From Octopus sinensis (Eukaryota): DNA of 64,000 nucleotides. Numbering within the stretch: position 1 is the stretch's first letter; the number at the start of each line of letters is the position of its first letter. Positions 1 to 12,535 of this stretch are shown here, in pieces. The translations under genes and the position numbers were made by a program. The notes beneath the pieces are model-generated. The model had not been told where the DNA came from. It worked only from the letters and a program-made list of their open reading frames with translations, and made no database searches. The stretch covers positions 93,124,001 to 93,188,000 of the forward strand of contig NC_043005.1 in the NCBI RefSeq assembly GCF_006345805.1, written 5' to 3'.

Positions 1-125
1 TGAAGGGGGACGCAAAGAAGTGAGTGTATATTAGGAGAAAGAGAAGGTTGAAATGGAGAGGACACAGTGAAGATGAGGTGTAATGAGAGAAAGTGTAAGG
101 GTCAGAGGTATTAGCTAGAAATAAA

Positions 126-166
<41 letters not shown>

Positions 167-1442
167 GTGGATAATCTTAGAAATGCTTGATGGTAAAGAG
201 AGTGTGATGGATGTTGATAGCAAGTGACCAAGAGAAAAAGTAATGGTAGATAGCTGTAAAGAAGCTGAATGTTATCTTATGTGTGAGAAAGAGAAAGAGA
301 GAGCATTTGATGAATAGTGATGATAGCAATAGTAAGAGAGGGATGGATGTCATGAAAGGAGTGACTTGGAGGAGGAGGAGTGATGACTAGTAGCGTAGAA
401 AGGTAAATGGAAGAGATAACAGACCCAGTGCAGGCAGCCATTATTCAGATTTCATGATGGGAGAGAAGGGATATGGTAGAGAGAGAGAGACAGGAGGGCA
501 CTGAATAGGGAAAAGGGACAGCAGCTGGAGACTGGACCAGAACAAAATGGGTAAAAGTGCTGCCAGATGTAGACTTACCCTACTTTCATCACTCCTCCCT
601 TTTAATGTCCATTTCCTCATGCTTGGGTGGCCTAGAGCACTACAAGTCACCAACCTCCAGTCTGGTGTAACATGGAAAAACAAATGTATAACGCCGTTTG
701 AACACTTTTGAAACCAACCTTAGTTCTCTGATTGAAAAAAAAACAACTTTAAATTGATCTCAGCTGGAACCCCGTTCATCAGAATTCTATGTTAATTTGT
801 GTTGCACCAACAAAGGTATTAAAGTGATTGCAGTAAATTCTGCAATATTTTCAAAGGCAATCAAAACACTAGCAGTGTATTTCAATATAGAAACAAAAGA
901 GTTCCCGGATGATTTTGAATAAGATTAATCTTGGTAGAATTTAATTACACTAAAAGTGTTAAATTTTGAGTTGGCCATTTCTTGCTGTCACTTGACCTTA
1001 TTTTGAAATGATGCTGTTTCGTCCTTGCAATGATGTCTTGAATTACTTTTGATGTGGTCAAGAAGTTTGCTTCCCAACTTCATGGCTTCCAGTTCTGTTT
1101 CATTGTGTGGCATCTTGAGCAAGTGTTTCCCATTATAGCCCCAAGCTGACCAAAGCCTTGTGAGTGAATTTGGCTGAAGGAAACTAAAAGAAGCTCTTTT
1201 GTATGTAGTGTCTATGTATAAGTTTGTGATAGTTTTAAACAAGTCACTGTCATACAAGTTGTCTCATTCACTTCCAGCATTTTGTGGGAATATATCTGGT
1301 TGGGGAAGACAGTGTCTACATTTGGAAACTTTTGTGGGATGGCAACAAGAAGGGTTTCTGGCCATAGAAAATCTGCCTCAATAAAGTCTGTTCAGTCTAT
1401 GCAAGCATGGGAAACGGTTGTTAGGGTGTTGATGATGATACA

Positions 1443-1647
1443 TGTATGAGTGTGTTTGTGTATATATGTATGTATGTATGTATGTGTATGTGTGTGTGTA
1501 TATATGTATGTATATATATACACACACACACGCACACAAACATACACAAGTTGACGTAATGTCTTGTGCATTTGTCTCCACTTCTGTCTATTTGTGTTAT
1601 GTCTTTCTCTACACAAACACAGTGATATGCACACACACACACACACA

Positions 1648-1693
<46 letters not shown>

Positions 1694-1695
1694 CT
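1443..1695. repeat. Compound (TG)n/(TA)n/(CA)n microsatellites
   Basis: Directly visible dinucleotide runs. Confidence 0.95.
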
Positions 1696-2184
1696 ATCAA
1701 AGCCATGAAGTGTTGAACACTGACACACATCCTATTTAATGTAGGTCACAGTATACGAATATTGATTTCTGATGCTATATCAACTAAAACTAAGCCTGTT
1801 GTTGTTGTTCTTTTCTTGGATGTTCTAACAAGTCTCTACAAATGTCTGCACTAACTGCTGCTGCTGCCATATGCGATGCTCCTCCTCTTCACCCCCACTC
1901 CCTCACCCCACTCTCTCCATTGCTATTCCTGTTCACATCTATTTATGTCTTCTTTAAAAAGTTATTTTCGTCTTTCGAAAATCAGCTGTTTGTTGATGTG
2001 TGTGTGGGTACCTGTATAAGTGTGTGTGTGTGTGAGAGAGTCTGCTTGTACCAGGAGTACAATAATCGGTAAAGAATTTAATGCTATCTACATCAGCCAT
2101 GAAGTATAGATTTTTCCCAATCTATTTGGCTTTTGTTTTTTGCTTTGCTCACTTGCCTCTCATATTCTTTTGGCATTAAAATTC

Positions 2185-2284
2185 NNNNNNNNNNNNNNNN
2201 NNNNNNNNNNNNNNNNNNNNNNNNNNNNNNNNNNNNNNNNNNNNNNNNNNNNNNNNNNNNNNNNNNNNNNNNNNNNNNNNNNNN
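2185..2284. other. Assembly gap (100 N)
   Basis: Run of exactly 100 N, typical of a scaffold gap of unknown size. Confidence 0.99.
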
Positions 2285-4698
2285 AAAGAGAATCTAAAGA
2301 GATAACACGGTCAGGGTTTAGGGGTCAGAGGCTAAAATCAAAAGAAAATACATTAGGAAAATCTAAGTATAATCTTATCAAAAAAGTCATTAAAATTTAT
2401 TTATTCATTTATTCATTTTATTGTCTTAAGGAGTTGCCGTTATTATTCATACATTGACAGACTACAGGTCAAATCTTAGAAGATCATTTACAAGGTGTTA
2501 GGGAATTGTCTATCATAATGAAGATAATCATATTATCACCGAGGGAGTAGCCTTATTTATTTAATTTTGAAATAGAATTATGGGGCTTAGTAACTCATTT
2601 TATTTTATTAAAGTTATGCTACTTAAATTAGATTAAGTTAAGAATTAAAATTAAAAATTACAATTAAGATTTAAAATTAAGATTTAAAATTATGAGTTTG
2701 AAATTAAATAAAGCCTCAATTAAGCAGCGTATAAGTACTATTCATTTCCCTGTTCTCAAAAAACTGATGCAGATATAAGGAAAAAGATATAAGGAAAAAG
2801 ATAACTGTAGCGTGAGAACTTTTAGTTATCTACTTAAAGCAGTGCTATACTAGTAAAAATCAAGTTATATCTATCTATCTATCTATCTAGTTACGAATAT
2901 TCTAATCATTTAAAATATTTTAAAGTCTTCAATTTAGCGTGGACACAAACTTGACCTAGTTCGATATGGTTATTCAATAAGTTTCTATGTTTCTATGCTT
3001 TAGAATTTCATACGTCTCCATGGAGCATAGTTGGCAACCAACCCTACTATTTTTATACGGAATTGCTCTCCTAACTATTTCCCAATTAAGGTTATAATTA
3101 TTATTATATTTTGAGTTCCCAGATTTTGTTTGAAAGTGTGGGTGGTACCAGCTTTATGACGTAATTTAAAAGACGAGATGTGATTTCTAACTCTGGCTAG
3201 AAAATTAATTGTACATCCAATGTAAAAAATTTGTTATTCTCCGTGGATATGGTACATTTATAGATTACATTATTTTCCCCGCATAGACCAGGTGCCGGGC
3301 ATTTTGATTTTATTCTACACTTACACACAGGAGGAACAACTTCAGGTTTTGGATTATTCTTGGGTATATGTCTTAGGTTCCTATTATTTTGATTATCATG
3401 AGTATAATTGTCCTTATTGTTATAATATTTCTATAGTTGGTGCTGATATCTAAAGTATTGCTATTATTTATTGATCCTTCTGTTTCATCATTTAGGTCTA
3501 AAGTCCTACCATGATTTCTTATATTATTGGTAATGTTACTATTATTGTTAGTCTTTTTATCCGACTGCATATTGTTGTTATAGATATCACTGATATTTTC
3601 ATTCTCCTTATTTTCTCCATTAGCCTTATTTCTATATTTCTATTATTAACATTATTACTTCTATTAATATCGGCATTGTTATTATTACTATTAATGTTAA
3701 TGTTATTAGTCCTTCTGTGTGTTACTAATTTCACCTATGTTTTGATAGTTACTATTGCTGTTTTTATTGTTGGTAGTATTATTATAATTTGCTATTGGTA
3801 TTCATGCTGATATTATTATTTTTATTTCTATCTTCCTGGCTAGTTTAATGTTGTTATTATTAATCTTAGCTATTAAAGTGGACATATTTGGGAGGGTTGA
3901 ATAAGAAATCCTAACTGTTTTCCTAGAAATAATTCTATGATATCTATGAGAGATAGGGAAATTTTTTCCCGAATTACTTTGATTTGTTCTGTATATCCGA
4001 TGTATCGCACAGTTGAAAGGAATATTCAGCCATAATATATCTTTTTATTAAATTAGGGTTCGTAGAATTATTACTATTCATCTCACCGGAGTTATTGTAT
4101 TTATTACCATTATTTTTATTTATATTTGTGTGCATCTTAGGTTTATCTACTTCGATATTATCCAAGTTACCTATGTTCTGGTCAATGCTTCTATTTGAAT
4201 TGTTGGGCCTGTACGTTAGATTACGTTTACCGTTAATTTAATTCTACTTTTATTTCGGGCTTGGTCTGTATTGCTGCTTACGTGATTACTGATAACTTCT
4301 TTATTAGGAATACGTGAGTTCTCTTATCAACGAATGTAATCTTTTGGTTGTATCCAGCCTTAGTTAACGCCGCATTATAATGCTCAGAATGGGAGTTAAA
4401 TATATCCTTATGGATGATAATTTTGAAATTCTTAATGAAATATTTCTTACTAAAGATTCAATTATATTTGGGGGATGATTTGATAATTATTTACGTAATT
4501 CGTGATTTCGCCTTCCTTTCTAAATGGGTAATGCAGCTTGGAGTTAAGGTCTAGCGTAATATCTAGGAAGTTAACTATTTTAGTGCCCGGTTCATACGTT
4601 ATACTGAGGTTGAAATCCTTAAAGAACTTATTAATTTTCTTCTAATCCTTTCTATAACAGATTTATTATTACTAGGGATAACAAACTTCTTTCTCGCG
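2285..4698 (-). mobile_element. Penelope-like retroelement, 5'-truncated and frameshifted (RT C-terminus/thumb + GIY-YIG endonuclease + 3' UTR)
   Basis: Minus-strand motifs: IVNFLDITLDL...YPFRK, HPPNIIESLVRNISLRISKLSS, YNAALTKAGY, ILWLNIPFN, RKTVRISYSTLPNM, CKCRIKSKCP..GLCGENNVIYKC, FYIGCTINFLARVRNHISSF, CQLCSMETYEIL, LLNNHIELGQVCVH. Stop codon at 2908-2906. Several frameshifts, including an 8-bp catagaaa duplication. The 3' UTR runs into the N gap. Confidence 0.9.
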
Positions 4699-4725
4699 TA
4701 TATATATATATATATATATATATAC

Positions 4726-4776
<51 letters not shown>

Positions 4777-4798
4777 ATAATATATATACATATATATA

Positions 4799-4829
<31 letters not shown>

Positions 4830-5481
4830 GAGCGGGGCTTGGTTATATATATATATATATATATAAAACGGGCTTGTTTTTTCACAGCGGGGGGTTTCCT
4901 TGACAAGGCAGGCTTAGATGAACACACACACACATAAAACATAATATATATATATTTTTTTCTGCCACCCACGGTTCTCGCGACAGTAGCCACTGACAGC
5001 CGAACGATCAAACGCACACACGTACACAAAAATGTTTTCTACCCCTACGCCAACACACACATATATAGAACAGTATACACACACACACGTCTCTAAGTAG
5101 ATTTTTCTCGCCCCTTATAAAACATCCAATATTCTTAAATAGTCAGAACTTTATTCTCGGTCACAAAGAACACCCACAACCCTCACCCACATGATTGACC
5201 GATGCCTGACCCATTAAATTCTTCAGCCACCGGTTCTCAACATACACTGATAAACAGTTTCGCCATGGGCTCTTAGGAGCATAGTTCGATTTGTTTTTGC
5301 TCCGCCTCTGTTCTGTTTTTGTTTTTCCAACGATTTCCTTTTTCTTCCTGAAGAGAAAGACACAATATGGTCCCATTATTCAATCGGATTTTGGTAATTT
5401 GTGCCTTCGAAACACGTGTAGAATGAAATAAAACGATTTCTGTTCAATCTGCGTTCAGCTCCATGTTTCAATTCACCAATA

Positions 5482-5512
<31 letters not shown>

Positions 5513-5615
5513 AGATTAACATATATTATATATATTATATACATATATATATATATATACATAGAATATATATATACATATAGATATATATTATTATATA
5601 TATAATATATATATA

Positions 5616-5662
<47 letters not shown>

Positions 5663-5681
5663 CATATATATATATAGATTA

Positions 5682-5734
<53 letters not shown>

Positions 5735-5844
5735 ATATACATATATATATATAGATATTAATATATATATATATATACATATATATATACCTATATATAT
5801 ATACATATATATATACATATATATATATACATATATATATAGAC

Positions 5845-5891
<47 letters not shown>

Positions 5892-5941
5892 ATACATATA
5901 TATATATTATATACATTAAATATATATATATATACATATAA

Positions 5942-5978
<37 letters not shown>

Positions 5979-6254
5979 CCATTATATATATATATACATA
6001 ATTATATATATATATATATATATAATATATATATATATATAGGACATATATACATATCTATATATATATACATATATATATATATATACATATATACATA
6101 TATATATACATACATATATATATATATACATACATATATATATATATATACATATATATATATTATATATTATATACATATATATATATATATATATATT
6201 ATACATATATATATATATATATAAGATATATATATATATATATATATACATAAC

Positions 6255-6300
<46 letters not shown>

Positions 6301-6659
6301 ATACATATACAAGATATATATACATATACATATATATATATACATATACATAATCATATATATATATACATATATAATAGATATACATAAATATATATAT
6401 TATATACATATATATATACATACATATACATACATATACATACATATACATATAGACATACATATATATATACATATATATACATATATATATATACAAC
6501 ATAATATATATACATACATATATATACATATATATATACATACATATATATATGCATACATATATATACAATATATATTGCAATATATTATATAACATAT
6601 ATATATATATACATATATAAATATATACATATATATATATATACATTATATATATTATA

Positions 6660-6690
<31 letters not shown>

Positions 6691-6733
6691 CATATATATA
6701 TAATATACATATAATATATCTATATATATATAC

Positions 6734-6772
<39 letters not shown>

Positions 6773-6796
6773 TATATCATATATATTATATAATAT

Positions 6797-6852
<56 letters not shown>

Positions 6853-6892
6853 CATAATATATATCTATATTACATAATATATATATATATAT

Positions 6893-6935
<43 letters not shown>

Positions 6936-6973
6936 TATAATATATATATATTTATATATATATATTATACATA

Positions 6974-7042
<69 letters not shown>

Positions 7043-7134
7043 TATATACATATAATATATATATACATATATATATTATATACATATACATATTATATAT
7101 ATATACATATACATATATATAAATCTACATATAC

Positions 7135-7173
<39 letters not shown>

Positions 7174-8420
7174 AACATTATATATATATATATACCTTAT
7201 ATATATATAGATATTATACATATATATATTTATATATATATATATACTATATATATATATATATATATATACAATATATATATATATATATATATAACAT
7301 ATATAGATATACATATATGTATATATACATATATAATATATATATATATAATACATATAATATATACATATATGTATATATACATATATAATATATATGT
7401 ATATATATACATATGTATATCTATATATACATTATGTATATATACATATATGTATTATATACATATATCTGTATATTACCTATATATATATTATATATAC
7501 ATATATATATACACATATATATATACACATATATATACACATATTATATATACATATATATATATACATATGATAGATAACATATATATAGATATATATA
7601 CATATATATATACATTATATATACACATATATATATACACATATAATATACACATAATATAATACATATACATAATATATATACATAATATATATAATAC
7701 ATATTATATATACATATATATAGATACATATATATATACACATATATATATATACATATATATATATACACATATAATATACACATATATATATTAATAT
7801 ATATATATACATATATATATATACACCATATATATAATACACATAATATATACATATATATATTACAACCATATATATATACACATATATATATTACATA
7901 TATATATATACACATATATATATATACATATATATATTACATATATATATATACAATATATAATATATAATATAATACATACATATATATACATACATAA
8001 TATATCATAAATAATACATATATATATACACACACACACAAATATAATATATACATATATATATACACACACACACATATATATATATATACATATATAT
8101 ACACACCCATACATATATATATATATACATATATATATACACACACACACACATATATATATACTTTATATATACACACACACACACATATATATATATA
8201 CATATATATATACACACACACACATATATATATATATACATATACATATATATATACACACACACACACATATATATATATACATATATATATACACACA
8301 CACACATATATATATATACATATACATATATATATACACACACACACATATATATATATATACATATACATATATATATACACACACACACATATACATA
8401 TATAGTATGAGTATCCATTT
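4699..8420. repeat. Roughly 3.7-kb degenerate (TA)n/(TACA)n/(CA)n microsatellite array, interrupted by a non-repetitive block at about 4830-5477
   Basis: Directly visible. It produces the YIYIYI pseudo-ORFs. Confidence 0.97.
5341..5428 (+). ncRNA. Minimal type-I hammerhead ribozyme motif
   Basis: CTGAAGA at 5348-54. Stem II GAAAGACACAA/TTGTGCCTTC (one bulge, one mismatch). GAAA at 5409-12. Palindromic stem III ACACGTGT at 5412-19. GUA cleavage triplet with H17 = A5420. Stem I TTC/GAA extends past one mismatch. Confidence 0.75.
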
Positions 8421-8547
8421 GTGTGTGTATGTGTATTACATATCTATACCTATAATACATGCACATGTGTGTGCGTTTGCATATATGTATGTATAATGTG
8501 TGTATACTATGATACATACACACATTTGCCTTCGCCTGTTTTTTTTT

Positions 8548-8581
<34 letters not shown>

Positions 8582-10374
8582 ACTTATATCCCTATTTGTG
8601 AATCTTTGTTAATTACTAATATTTCTTTTGAAGTCCTGATTACTTGAGGAAACAGCCTAATTTTTGGTTTTGGAGCTGCAACATTCTAGCCACCGACGCA
8701 TGTTTAATTGTAGTAGAAACCTGCATCACAACTAGTAATTTACAATGTGTTCTGAGAAGATTCCACTCAGTCTTAGCGGAATCCATAAGTAGGCATTAAA
8801 TTTAAGAAACAATGGTTTCGCAGGAAGATTTTCTCTAACACAGCACTATCTGTTGACATGATCCTGCTATATATAGACATTTGCTATGGTGTTAATTTTA
8901 ATAAAAATCACAGATTTACACATGATTTGTATGTGATTATTTTATTTATAAGTGATTATATGTCTGTTGCTATTAATTCAGGATTGATTAGCAATGATTT
9001 GAAACAAATCCTGTCTAGATGTTGTTCACTGTTTAGGTTTGTGTGTACTGACTGGTATTTAAATAGATTAGCAAAAGTAAATTTAGAATAAAGACATACA
9101 TATATATTTCATTTTTTTTTTTTATGTACACTTATTTATAGAAACTGACTTGGATCTGATGAGAATTATAGGATATTATTTATATTGTATTCACATACTT
9201 TAAACTTTTTTTAAAACTTAGCTATTTTATAGAAGACATATCTATATAAATTTGCTTGTTAGTCATATGGTTTTGGTATCTTGAACAAGTGTCTTTTGCT
9301 ATAGTTTCAGGCCAACTAAAGCTTTGTGAGGGGATTTGGCAACTGAAAGAAGCTCATCTTGACAGTGTGTGTGATATATTAGTATCTCCTTGACAAGACA
9401 AGGAGACACTGACAAGACAAGGAGACACATATCAAGGCATTGTGTGATGGCTGTAAATGAGCATCACCATCATACAGGCTGAGCCCTTTGTTTTCAATCT
9501 CCTGTGAAAAGATGTTTGGCAAGGGGAATATTAATTTGCTTGGAAACAGATGATGGTTGGTTGGTAGGAAGGACATGCAGCCATAGAAAATTTGTCTCAC
9601 TGAAAGAGCATGGAAATGCTGGTGTTTAAATTATATTTATCTGTATTATTTATGTAAAAGAATACAAACCTCTGAAAAATTGATTTAGAATTAGAATAAG
9701 ATCAAAGACAAGATTTATGGACACATCCCACACATTTCTACAAATGTTGCTCAAAACAGGGTTGATATCACTGGCCACTGCTATCCGTGCTAAATGCCTG
9801 GCCATTTTGGATAAGCGTTTGTCCTAAGAACTCTTGACTACATTGATGTTATTGGGTAGAGAGATGACATCAGGAAATTGAGGACCCACTGAAGCTGATG
9901 AGGCAGACAGGGATTCCTGATGTTGTTTGGTTACCTCTGCATCTTTGTTGTGGGTCTTGAAGAAGGAGGAGGCTATAGATGATAGATTCTATTCTAAACT
10001 ATTACCAATGATTGCTTAATCAATTGTTGAATGTGATAAAGCAAAGCCTACTTGGATGAGACTTAAATTGAAAATTCAAAAAGTTGTCAGTTGTTGTCGT
10101 CCAACTCTGCAATACTTTTTATTGCTTATGGTAAGAAATAGTGATTTATACTAAGTAAAAACATGATTCATTTTGTACAGTGAAAGTGATACACAGGAAT
10201 TGGGTGACCCCAAGTTATTAGCTTTTACAGGGGTATACAAGTTTGTTTGAAGTTAATTCTGGATTGGTGAAGGGCAAAAGTTTTCCTTGGTAGAATTAGA
10301 TCTTGGAAATATAATGTGATACTACATTGCATCAAGTCCAGTTTGGTAAATTCTGTGCCACACATACTATCTTC

Positions 10375-10410
<36 letters not shown>

Positions 10411-12256
10411 TCTTTCTAATTTTTGCACAAGGCCAGCAATTTTGAAGGGAGGAGCAAGCCAATTCCATCAACCTTCAGTGCTCAACAGGTATTGAATTTG
10501 TTGACCCTGAAAAGATGAAAGGCAAAATCAGCTTTGATGGAATTTGAACTCGGAATGTAATGAGTTGGATGAAAAGCTGTGAAAAATTTATTCTGATATG
10601 CTAATGATTCTGCCAGCTTGCCACTTCAATAATAATAATAAGGATGATAATGGTTTCATATTTTGGCACAAGGGCAGCAGTTTGTAAGGGGTTGGGTGGA
10701 GGTTATTCAATTACATTGTTGCCAATGCTCAACCTTGGTGGAAATGATAATGATAATGATTTCTTTATTAACCACTAGGTTAATAATAATAATAATGATA
10801 ATGATTTTTAATTTAGGTACAAGGACAGTAGCCTTGTGGGTGTTATTTGACTGCATCAATGCCAGTAATTGACTTGTATTTTATTTTATCAATCCAAGAG
10901 GATGAAGGCAAAGTTGACCTGAACAGGATTTGAACCTAGAATGTAAAGATCCGGAAGAACTGCAAATCATTTTTTTCCCAACACTAATGGTTTTGCCAAT
11001 CTAGTGTCCCTTAATGTTAACAGTGATAATTTATAACCTGGGCACCATGCCATAAATTTTGGGGTTTAGGTGTATTTGAGACCAAAATAAAGGAAAATGT
11101 GATCTTTGAAAATGTGATTTTTTGGGTAAAATGTTATTATCTAACATCTGTGGTTCCTCAGGGAGATAAAAGCTAAATTCATTCCCAAACTATTTGAACC
11201 TAAAATACAGTCTGTTTGGCGTTTAACCAGATGCTGTATAACACTGATGTTCACATTCATTACTATACACTACAGCTCTATGGTCTTGCCACCAGAATTG
11301 CTCTAAATGATGAGGATTTCAAATTTTGGTCCAAGGCAAAGCAAATTTAATTGGAATGAAGGAGCTACATCACCCACCCACCCCTACTTGGCTGCTACTT
11401 TATCTTATCAACCCCCAAAAGAATGAAAGACAAAGATAACTTCAGTGAAATTTGAACTCAGAACATAAAGAACCAAAAGAAATGTTGCTCCACATTTTGT
11501 CTGATGTTCTAGTTCTTAGCTCTCTCGCTCTGCAGCTCTTGTCAACCCATCCAACCCATTGAGAACAGACTTTAAATGACAATGATGATTTTTGATAAGG
11601 GCAATGGAGACAGAATATTATAACAAGATATATAAACATAGAAATGTAGAAATCTTGTAATAATTCTGTATGTCTTCTCTCTGTACATCACCCTAACAAC
11701 ATGCAAATATTAAATGATTCACCTATATAAATGATAGAAGATAGCTGCTCAGATTCCTCCTCCTCCTCTTACAGGTGTCTTCGTTCTTCAGCCGTAACGC
11801 CTGCCTACATCGAACTAACCCATCTTCATTGACTTTTACAGATTTTCCCTCTTTCTCTGCACCTTCTGCTTTAAGTGATGCTGGGGATGGCGTGGAGTCT
11901 TGAAGGATTTTAGTTGAACAAATCGACACCAGGGCTTAAGTCGGGTACTTGTTACTCTATCAGTCTATTTCGCCAAACTTTTTTACAGGGATCTAAATAA
12001 ACCAACAGTGGTTTTCAAGTAGTAACGAGGGACAAACAGAAACGTGCGTGCACACACACACAAATCTGTATCTGATGCACTTGCACAGTTTCTGTCTCTC
12101 AAATTCATCCTTAAGGCATTGCTCAGTCTGGTGCTGTAGTGGAAGACACTTGCCCAAGGTCTCATACAATGGGAATAAACTTATGTTGCTGCTAAGTGAG
12201 ATTGTTAACCACACAGACATGCCCTAACCCTGACCTACAATGATAATAAAGAAAAC

Positions 12257-12535
12257 GTACATTATTTACATTGGACGGATATTTCTCCTCATCTTGTTTG
12301 TTGCTAACCCAATGTTTCAGCTGATATACCCTCCAGTCTTCATCAAGTCTTGGGGAAATTTCGAACCTGAGTTTTCATTCCTAAGGTATTTTTCAATGTT
12401 ATTATTATTCGGATCACTGCCTGGAATTGAACTCAGAATCTTGGTGTTAGTAGCCCACGCTCTTAACCACTACGCCATATGCCCGTCAAATGTAAATAAT
12501 GTACATAATTCCTCATCTTTTAAATATAGAACTGT
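12257..12535 (-). mobile_element. tRNA-headed SINE with hammerhead-like 3' region and an inverted copy of its own 3' end (copy A)
   Basis: Minus strand reads gggcatatggcgtagtggttaagagcgtgggctactaac...gagttcaattccagg (A and B boxes), then an (AAT)n spacer, then the body containing TTGATGA...GAAAC. 22-bp inverted match between 12257-12278 and 12483-12504 with 1 mismatch. Confidence 0.8.

Noticed and set aside
4699-8420. CRISPR-like or designed repeat-spacer array
   Set aside because: No constant-length repeat with unique spacers; it is a simple-sequence array in a eukaryotic genome.
5473-8523. Many long ORFs (YIYIYI..., CVCVYI...)
   Set aside because: Stop-free translations of TA/CA microsatellites; not genes.
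12405-12485. tRNA gene
   Set aside because: It has A/B boxes but is fused to a repeated body, lacks a proper acceptor stem and occurs in diverged copies: a SINE head, not a tRNA.
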